Shown here piece by piece: positions 52,761 to 64,000 of a stretch of 64,000 bases of DNA. The DNA comes from Octopus sinensis. Its lineage: Eukaryota. Below the pieces are notes generated by a model. It ran no database searches. It was not told the DNA's origin and worked only from the letters and a program-made list of their open reading frames with translations. The stretch lies in contig NC_043008.1 of the NCBI RefSeq assembly GCF_006345805.1, positions 11,222,001-11,286,000 of the forward strand. Reading direction: 5' to 3'. Positions within the stretch are counted from its first letter, which is position 1; each line of letters opens with the position of its first letter. The position numbers and the translations under genes were made by a program.

Positions 52761-54950
52761 ATCTTTATTTTGATAACTCCATCTTCCAATGTTTTGTTAA
52801 CCTCGTCATCACAATTTCATAGACCAAGTTTATTATGATATAATTTGAATAGCGAAACAGTTGCTTGCCTCTAAACTACGGAAGCCTAATCGTTAGTCAC
52901 ATTACATTCAATATGTTTTCACAGTCCACTGTTGAAACCTTTGAACGATACAGTCACTTCTTTTAGAACCTCTTCTATGGAGAACTGAACCCCTTCACCT
53001 CCATCCCCTGTCACGTTTCTCCCGTTTCTCCAATTAACCGCCCATCAGTTTAATTGACACTTTTTTCTCAGCTGATCATCATTCCATCACCGATGCCACC
53101 TGACATATTTTAACTCTTACGCTTCTCCCTTATATTTATTTTATCTCTCACGCCACTCACATCAAACACATTAATCCGTTTCTCCCACTTCCTCGATTTC
53201 CCTCCCTTCTCTATCTGTAAAACTAATTTAAGACTGAAGCTCCATGCATCACCGACCTGTTTTCGTGAGACGTTTAACCACCTACCATTATACAAGCTCA
53301 AATATTTCTGCATTCATTCTGTCACTAGTAATTACGCCTCACCCCATGCACAACCTCTTTCCGTAATCTACCACCCTCCCACATTACACATTGAATGGAT
53401 CATCCCCGATGTCTCCCGTGTCATTTGTTACCTCCAACCAGTCTCTGTTACCTCGTACATCTTTCAGCTACCATTCCTTCTCACATTTAAGAGTGTTCAT
53501 AACAATTGTGGCCTCTTCGTGCATTACTATTCTCGTAATTCTAATATCGACCCGGATCCATCATCTGATCTCATTTTCATTGTCACACTTAATTTTCAAT
53601 GTTCAAAAGTACCAACATCACCAGGTACCACTGTCGAATGAATCGCTCATCTTAGGAACTACATATTCATTTCTTCTTTCCACGCTTTCGTTTATATCAA
53701 GTAAAATGGCTTCCGACTGCTTCACATTTCCACTCTGCTACCCAGCCTACACATCACGTCTCAGTCTTCGGTTTGGTCTCCATTAACACGATTTTACTGC
53801 TAGATTCCAGTGGAAATAGGAGCTCGTATTTTTCCACAATATTTTATCCACATATCGTTCAACTTTCACTTTCAAAATTATGCACGTGTACATCTTTGCA
53901 CCCCACTCCGCTGCTACCTTTTCCACAGTAGATCAAACGTAATCACGCTCGGAATTCCCGGACACTAATAATTCCTTGAAATATATGCACGCAGAAAATA
54001 CTCACATTCGTCACATGTATACAAACACACATTATGCCTTCTCGCTCACCAACTATTATTTTCTTTTCAAACCTCCTCACACCCTCTCTTGTCCATACAT
54101 GCAATTTAATCGCAGCGTTCAATCACATGATTCTTCTTTCTTATCTTCTGTTGCTGTTCTATTACCGAACACTTTACGAGATTAACACTCTTAACATAAT
54201 GTCACGCATGCACACATTCATACTTCCTTCCTTCAACTATTTCTCCCCTTTTGTTTGAACTATTCTTTAATAAAAGACACCTGTATGTTTAATCCCATTT
54301 CTGACGTTCATTTTCTATCACTGCAGTCTGCATGTTTATTCAAAAAACCAACACATACAGTACATTCAATATTCTTGAGTTTTACCTTCTCGGATCTACG
54401 CTATTGGATTTTACTCACTCGAAATTAACGTTCCCGGTTTAACCTCGCCTCTGCCTTCTTTTTTTTTACATTCGACCCTTCACACAAAAATATTCATTGA
54501 CATTACAAAATGTTTTATTTATACATGCATACTCATAGCAAACAAATTCGCATGACTTCGGTCGAATTCTCCTGCTGTTCTTCCACTACAACTGACTTTT
54601 GGATCACGCATGCTTAAATACACAGTTCTGTCATTATTACACACAAGTGTTCACCATCTCCACCCATCACAAACTATATTCTCCATATCTATATTCATAG
54701 GCACACGTTCTCATTCAGCTCCCAACACCGATTTTGCAATACCTGTCTAACGCTTTCAAACACGCACCTATATGATGTCGACATCCACCATAACTGACAA
54801 CGCCCGATTTGCAACTTGGCAAACAATCACCACGCAAATCGGCTCCCAAGAGTGCAAACACTCCGACATGTGTGCACATGGCCACACACTCATTCTTGAC
54901 ATTGCTGTAAAGATTTTTCCAATTCCATCCGTACAATATGGGAATACATG

Positions 54951-55100
<150 letters not shown>

Positions 55101-55944
55101 AAATCTCTCTTTCTGTCTATCTCACTCTTTCTCCCTCTCTCTCTTTCTCTCACTCTATGTATGCGTGTGTGTGTAAATATACGTTTATATATATATATCA
55201 ATACAGGGAGAAAGACAGAGATATAGAAGGAAATAGATTGGTAGATGTTGATATATATATATATATATATATGTATAATCGTGCATTGCTTTTAGTGATG
55301 AACTAGTAATCACAGAGTATTGAACACAATGTCTCTCGATATTTCTATTAAATCTATGCTCTCTGGTTTCAGTTCCGCTCCCTCAATAAATAATCTCTTA
55401 TCTTTGAGAATTTGCGACTGGCAGACGATATCAGCAATGTCAAACAACCAATTTCTCTGCTTCAGTCAAATCATTGACACCCACGCCACCATATTTCCTT
55501 TTCCATGCATCATTGTCCTGAAGAGTTACGTTTTCCTATAATGGCCTCCATCCTCAAATTGGTTGCATAGATAATATTCGGGGAAATCAGTTTTATCAAC
55601 TAGCCGATAAACATTATATTAAAATTCCCCAGCTTCCTAATAAGTTGTTGTTTTAATAATGCTATTCATGGCGTATGTGTGAATGAATTATAGACGATTG
55701 AAAAGGATGGTATGAAAAACCAAACTTGGAGTATTGTTTAAAGAGCTATTCTTAACTTTTAAAAAGTTACTCTCATGTGAATTTGTTGTTTACGTCTCGG
55801 TATTTTCTCATGGTTTATATAAGAAACAGCAATTGCAATAGAAAAAACACGAAAAAACTAAATATATTTAGCGAGCTATTGAAGTCGCTTTTTCAAATAT
55901 GAATTATTGCACAAACAAAAAAAAATGCTATGAATATAAGTAAA

Positions 55945-56890
<946 letters not shown>

Positions 56891-57515
56891 ACGGTAGCCA
56901 CATAATGATGCCCTGTGGTGAAGCAGATGTTTGTAATGAGTCTTTATAAAGAATGGACAATAAACAGAACTGTATGGAAAGTATAGGAATTTCAGAGAAG
57001 CAGCGGATATTTATTTGTGTTCGTCAAAGGAAAGATATTATTCTTATATATGAAGAGAACTGTTGACCATATTAGACGGCAAAGGATATATTATTTTCGC
57101 GGAAGTCATAAAATAAATAAGGAAAAACTATTCGAAAGCGAAGAAGAGAACATGATCCATTACGTGTAGTTTCACTTCATCCGTAAAAGCCATCTCGACA
57201 ACGGAATAAAGTGAAGTGTTTCGACCTATATATTTCTCTTAATTATACACGCTACACTTGGACCGATTTCCAACGACGCATCATTACTTCACACCGAATA
57301 AATGCAGTTTATATACCTATATACACAAGAGATACACCCTCCCCAATACACACACTCACACACATAAACACACATCTACACACATATCTACACATACTCA
57401 AGCTTTCATACACACGCTTATACACATGCACACAGACAGACCTCAGACGCATAAAAATTGCAAGTATCTATACTTTCATATATACATGCACACAGGCACT
57501 CGTGTAGATAGATAC

Positions 57516-57566
<51 letters not shown>

Positions 57567-58221
57567 TATGTGTGTGTGAGGTGTTTGTGTACATACACAC
57601 ACACTTATATATATGTAAAAAAGCGTTCTTAAGTTATAGAAGGAAATGTTTTAAAGTACAGCGACGAAGAAATATAGCAAGACGCATACAATGCTTTGTT
57701 TACATTGTAATATATTGGAACAAGTGAACACTAAATGTCTCAGCCGAGAAAATATTTATTTCATTTCTATGTTCAGGCAACATATTAAAACAGTTTCAAA
57801 TGCTACTACATATTCGGACTAGAACATATTTGTACAGGAGCTGACAACACATTGAAGTGTTAAGAAGTGAAACAGTGGAAAGACACAAAATTGGAAATAT
57901 GGAATGATAAAGTGTTTTTCAGAAATGTTCTTTCATAACATAAAATTCTATGAATTTTATTAAAATATCCAGAGAAATAAAGTATAAGTGATAAAGTTTT
58001 CTTTTCATAACTTGTATACGCTTAATAGATCTGTGTGTTGAGTACATGTTTATAAGATTCGAATGTAAACGATTTGTTTAATAAATGTAGACACACGTTG
58101 TCGAATATTACTGGTATGTGAAAAAGTTTGGCGTTTTGCTGCATTCAAAATAAAAAGAGCAAAAATAACTGCGCATATTTAAGTGTGCTCTTCACCATAA
58201 ACTTACAAAGAGCACGCATAT

Positions 58222-58295
<74 letters not shown>

Positions 58296-58987
58296 TATAA
58301 TAATAAATATTAGGGAATAAATCCAAACTTACAGGGAAAAATCAGATTTATTACACTCATTTATTGGATTAAGTTTTTCATTGTTTGATTTGCCTAATAG
58401 TGGTTTTGTCTCTAATTTAATATTAAATAAATATATATATATATTTATGTACATAGATATGCGTGGGTCTGTTCGTATGTGCGTTTATATATCTATATAT
58501 ATACATATCTGTGTATGTGAGCCTGTGTTTAACGTTATACTCCTGGTGTTACTGTTGAATTAGACATGATCTGGTGTAACAACGGCCTGCTCCATGGCCA
58601 ATAGCGAAGAATTCAGAAAAGGATTCATCAAATAATCACATCAAGCTTTTCTTTATTCAGATCATAAATATTCCAGTTTTGCTTTTGTTCGAAAAAACAA
58701 ATTGCAGATTTTCATGTCAATAATTCTTGGATAGGATGGTATCCTTTCGCGTCTTTCATTGACATAATGTACCAGCTTATATGAAGGCAGATATCAGTCA
58801 GCTATGCAAAGTCCCCATAGGTGTTCTCGCATAGGCCTGCTAAGCTGTCATCTTCCAGCCGCAGATCTGTGGTAGCTATATTTTGAAAAACTGTACTTTC
58901 ATTCGGTTAAAATTTTTGCAATACAATCGATGTGATTGACTTGATCTCTCTCCTCAAATTTCAGACCAAGTGCCTATAGTACAAAAG

Positions 58988-59030
<43 letters not shown>

Positions 59031-59064
59031 GTAGTAGTAGTAGTAGTAATTGTAGTAGTAGTAT

Positions 59065-59097
<33 letters not shown>

Positions 59098-59388
59098 TGG
59101 GGGCGCATAGCTCAGTGGTTAGAATCTTGCACTCATAATCTAGCCTTCGTGGTTTCAATTCCTAGACTGGATGTTGCGGTGTGTTCTTGAGCAAAACACT
59201 TTATCTCACCTTGCTCTGCGATCACTTTGACACCTGAGGCCGGGTACACCGTGCACCTGTTCAGACAACGTCGATTCGTTGGAGACAGTGAGTTAATGTG
59301 CTGCACGACCATTTGATCTCCATAAACACATCATTTGTGCCGGTTGTTCGGCAAAACATGAACGCTGATACGTCGTCTTCGACGGGTA
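59098..59388 (+). mobile_element. SINE with C-like head/CORE-like body and a further distinct tail
   Basis: GGGGCGCATAGCTCAGTGGTTAGA...GTGTTCTTGAGCAAAACACTTTATCTCACCTTGCTC, ending CGTCGTCTTCGACGGG. Confidence 0.7.
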
Positions 59389-59613
59389 AGACCTTCATAA
59401 TTAAATTTTACTATTTGACAAAATCATTAGTTGTGATTATATTAGTTAATGAAATTACTACGGCTGAACTGCAGTCAACATTTTTTTTCGAAAAAAGACA
59501 ATTGTGTAGCTACGTCAAAAACACAAAAAAACATGTTTGGAACCATGGTCTCCCCCCCCCTAGTTCCCTCACATTCTCTCCTTCTTTCTGTCTGTCTATC
59601 TGTCTGTCTGTCA

Positions 59614-59719
<106 letters not shown>

Positions 59720-59723
59720 CCTT

Positions 59724-60092
59724 GGCGCTCCGTTAGTTACGACTACAACGGTTCCAGCCGATCCAACCAGCCTGCCTGTGAAATTAACCTGCAAGTGGCA
59801 AAGCACTCCCCAGACACGTGTACCCTTATCGTAGCTCTCGGGAGAGGTTAATCGTGACACAGAGTTTTGACAAAGCTGGCTCTTTGAAATATAGGTACAA
59901 CAGAAACAGGAAGAAAGAGTGTTAGGAAGTTGTGGCGAAAGAGCACAGTAGGGCTCACCACAACCCACTGCTAGAGCCTCTCGGACCTTTAGACATTTAC
60001 GGTCAATAAACACAACGCCCGCTCTGCGAATCGAAACTGCGATTCTATGATCGCGACTCCACTGCCCTAACCGCTGGAGCATTGTGCCTCCA
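59724..60092 (-). mobile_element. SINE group B, diverged copy
   Basis: Collinear with 17906-18300; microsatellites on both sides. Confidence 0.85.
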
Positions 60093-60129
60093 TATATGTA
60101 CACACACAAACACACACACAGAGACACAA

Positions 60130-60229
<100 letters not shown>

Positions 60230-60628
60230 GCATAACTTTTAAATCATTCAAAAACAGACACTGTTCTTTCGGTGTCGGCACTTTAAATGGCGATAATAAC
60301 GATTCCTATTCTGGTTTTGCTTGTAAGTGTTTCATAATTTAAAGGATCTGTAATCGGAAATATCACCACCAGCATCATGTCGGTAAGCAGTCTCTCTATC
60401 TCTGCATTATTAAATGTGCTCCGCCATTTTAAATCTAGCGGGGCAATATTTGCAATGGTAATATGTATTATTGGGAAGATAATGGTGATGATATTCCCAT
60501 AATGCTTCAATACAGTTGAACAGATAATTACTGAGTTTTATGAGGAATTTTCATTAAAAAGAATCATTTAGAATGATCGTGTTCTGTTGTAAATAGATAA
60601 GACATTATTAGCTATTTATTTCTAATTA

Positions 60629-62280
60629 AGGCGATGAGCTGGCAGAATCCTTTGCACTCTGGACAAAATGCTTACAAAGTATTTTTTCCGCCCTCATATT
60701 CTGAGTTCAAGCTCTGAGGAGGAAACATAAAATAAGTTCGAATTAAGTATTGTTTTCGATGCAATTCACTTATATCCTCCCGTGAAATTTCTGGCTTTGT
60801 ACTAGAATTTGAAATCAATATATTCTTCTAATAAAGGCGGCGAGCTGGCGCAATCTTTAGCACGCTGGAAGGAATGCTTAGCGGTATTCCACCCGTTGCT
60901 ACGTTCTGAGTTCAAATTCCGCCGAGGTCGACTTTACCTTTCATCCTTTTGGCGTCGATAAATTAAGTACCAGTGAAACACTGGGACCGATATAATCGAT
61001 AAATCCCATTCCTCGAAATTTTATGCCTTGTGCCTGTAGTAGAAAGGCGGCGAGCTGGCACAATCGTTAACATCCCAAAATGCTTAGGTGTATTTCGTCC
61101 GTCTTCATGTGCTGAGTTCGAATTCCGCCGAGGTTGAGTTGCGTTTTAACCTTGAGGCACCAGTTGAGCGGTGAGATCAATGTAATTGACTGGCTCCCCA
61201 CTCCGATCTTCATGCCTAAATTTGAAATCTATATTTGTTTCCTAATGTGGACACAAGGCCAGCAATTTTGCAGGAAGCTGCTCCGTGGAAACATCGATTT
61301 ATTAAATGCGACAGGATGAAATACCAAACTCAGTTAGTTTTGTCGGATTTGATCACAGAACGTAAAGTTCTGGAAGAAATACGCAAGGCGTATTCCCTAA
61401 CCCTCTAACGATTCTGTTAACTCACCGTCATTATAGGATTTATTTATATTTTCTGAGGCGGCGATCTGGCAGAACCATGGTTGTTTCACGCTAAATGCTT
61501 TGTGGCACTTCATCTACCTTTAGGTTCTAAGTTCAAATTTCACAGAGGTCGCATGTGCCTTGCGGGCTGTGTGAAAAAAATTGAAACCTTAGTAGTTTTT
61601 TCTTCTATAGGCCTGATATCGTGAGGTAAGATGGGTAAGTCGACTACATCGACCCCATTACTCAAATGGTAGTTATTTCATCGACCCCGAAGGTTTGAAA
61701 GTCATTCTCAGTGAAATTTGAACTCAGAATATAAAGACGGAAGAAATACGGCTAATCATTTTGTCCGGGATACTAACAACTCTGTCAGGCCGCCCCTTCA
61801 TAGCATTCATTAGTAATGAGTTTAAAATTTTCGTACAAGGCCAGAAATTTGTGGGGAGGGCGTAAGACGATGACATCGATCCTAGTGCTTCACTAGTACT
61901 TATCATATCGACCCTGAAATGATGAAATTCAAAGTTAACCTCGGTGAAATTTGAACTTGGACGTGAAGAAGGACGAAATACCTATTTCTTTACTACCCAC
62001 GAAGGGCTAAACACAAAGAGGACAAACAAGGGCAGACAAACTGATTAAGTCGATTATATCGGCCCCAGTGCGTAACTGGTACTTATTTAATCGACTCCGA
62101 AAGGATGAAAGGCAAAGTCGACCTCGGCGGAATTTGAACTCAGAACGTAGCGGCAGACGAAATACGGCTACGCATTTCGCCCGGCGTGCTAACGTTTCTG
62201 CCAGCTCGCAGAAATACCGAAGGACGAAATACCGCTAATCGTCTTGTTCAGCGTGTTAACGCCTCTGCAAGATCGTGTAG
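60629..62280. mobile_element. Cluster of about eight SINE A-type copies in both orientations
   Basis: Plus-strand heads at about 60630, 60836, 61046, 61457; minus copies at about 61245-61430, 61600-61797, 61825-62278. Confidence 0.8.
61983..62210 (-). mobile_element. Young SINE A nested in an older A-type copy with a 15-bp TSD
   Basis: GAAGGACGAAATACC at 61968-61982 and 62219-62233. Confidence 0.9.
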
Positions 62281-62599
62281 TATTCATTAATAATGCAATA
62301 TGTATGTCAAATATAATTTCATCAATCTCGCAATTTTCGCCAAAGACAATATAGTTTGGAGAAAGAGAGGAAATATGTTTCCTTGACGAGAATACCTATT
62401 TCCTACTTTAGCAAAACTGACATTGTTTTCATTATATCTAATGTCACAGTAAAAGAAATTGAAAATCAAACTCGTTTATATTATTCGATTCTCGGACACA
62501 GCAGCTATTTCATTTTCAATACTTGAAAATGAAATAATTGATTCTTCGTTCATTTCGTTGACTACCTTACGTTCGTCTAGAAAAAAGAAATCTTTCCAC

Positions 62600-63125
62600 A
62601 TTCTGCTGGTGTCAGTCATTGGATTGCAGCCATGAACGCCTTGAAGATTTTAAGTCGAGCAGATTAACCATAGAGTCACTTTTATCGAACGGCTAAGATG
62701 CGGGCACATAAACTAACATCGGTTGTAGAGATATTAGCAAAGACAGTCACACAACGAAACACACACACACACACACACACGCACACACACACATACACAC
62801 ACACACATACACTCACTCATGTATATATGGTATATATGATGGGCATCCACACAGTTCCCATATATTAAATGTAGTCACAATAAGTCGTCGCATAGCTTTA
62901 ATAGAAGCTACCTGCCCAACGTTCCATTCGTTAGTAAAGTATTTAAACTCTTGGCAAAAGACCAGCTATCTCCGAGAGGACGTAAGCCGATGTCATCGAC
63001 CCTATTGCATCACTAGTAGTTATCCTCTCGACCCTGAAATGATGGAATGCAAAATCCACCGCAGTGAACTCGAACCCGAGAGCACCTGTTTTACAAGTTA
63101 GCTTCTTAACCACATAACCATATCT
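62600..63125 (-). mobile_element. Strongly degraded SINE D and A remnants
   Basis: TCAGTCATTGGATTGCAGCCATG, CATCGGTTG, CGACCCTGAAATGATGGAATGCAAA motifs. Confidence 0.5.
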
Positions 63126-64000
63126 ACGCTTATCCCTGCTTTTATCCCATAAATTTAGAAAAATTATAATTAAATGATCTTGTCTAGGTTGGTAGTCTAA
63201 CCAAGTAGTTTAACGCCATGTCTTTTTCTTGACTGACTTAAATGGTGCATACTGCTGAGAGCATTCTAGGCAGGACTCCTGTCTGGGTCTAACTACCTCG
63301 GGTTTCGAAGAATTGTGGAGCAAAAACAGAGCAAAAGGATAATTTATCTATAAGAAATTTCAGATATGTTTTGTTATTTAGTATACTTGTTTAGTTATTC
63401 GAATTTATCTGCGAATGTTGCAATGCTCAGTATTCTTGCAAAAGGTCATTTCTCAGTAAGAAGTAGCCGGAGATATACAAAATATGATATAAATTCCTGT
63501 AGGTATAACACAGAACAATCAATGTAATGAAATTGTCTTCTTAAATTCAATGGGAGTTTATTATACGCTATTTTGTATTTCCTCGGATATTTTACACGGA
63601 GTTGCTCTCTTTCATGGTAATGGCGAACATAATAACATTTTGAAATTGCAATGGTCATTTCAATCATATTCAAGATAGTTTTATGATATTTACAAACACT
63701 GTAGCATACAAGACAATTAGGTCGTGTTCAATAAACGATTGACGTGATCGAAATTGCTAAAACGATTTTGATTATCGTAAACGAACACTGAAACGAGACG
63801 TTGATAACGACCAATAACATTGTAGCCGTTAATTACTTGGCAGCCGACGTGCATTCATATAATGCGATGTCAGCTTCATACTTTTGCATTTTTTACTGAG
63901 GTGATTGGTGATTTAAACGATAAGAAAATAAAAGAGCGTCACAATAGCTGTCAGCAAGCTGTTCTTTTTTCATTTTATACCTTAAAAGAACGGAAAAGTT

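Overview
AT-rich eukaryotic non-coding DNA, dense in microsatellites and transposon fossils. I find no credible host protein-coding gene; almost all listed ORFs are translations of (TA)n/(CA)n/(CAT)n/(AAT)n repeats or SINEs. The repeat repertoire looks like an octopus/coleoid cephalopod genome (inference from recognition, not verified). Contents: (i) many tRNA-headed SINEs in four groups (here labelled A-D), with visible head/tail module shuffling and evidence of a SINE inserting into its own family; (ii) a young 5'-truncated RTE LINE whose RT ORF is broken by one TGG>TGA stop, plus CR1/L2-like, CRE-like and second RTE fragments; (iii) five Tc1/mariner fossils and a non-autonomous Helitron; (iv) a degraded Penelope-like RT. 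The most notable signal is a set of type I hammerhead-ribozyme (HHR) motifs in short microsatellite-embedded elements, four of them clustered at 45.8-48.2 kb. One is a 140-bp perfect spacerless palindrome that encodes a near-canonical HHR on both strands; another element joins a tRNA-like head to an HHR-like tail. All structures were folded by eye.
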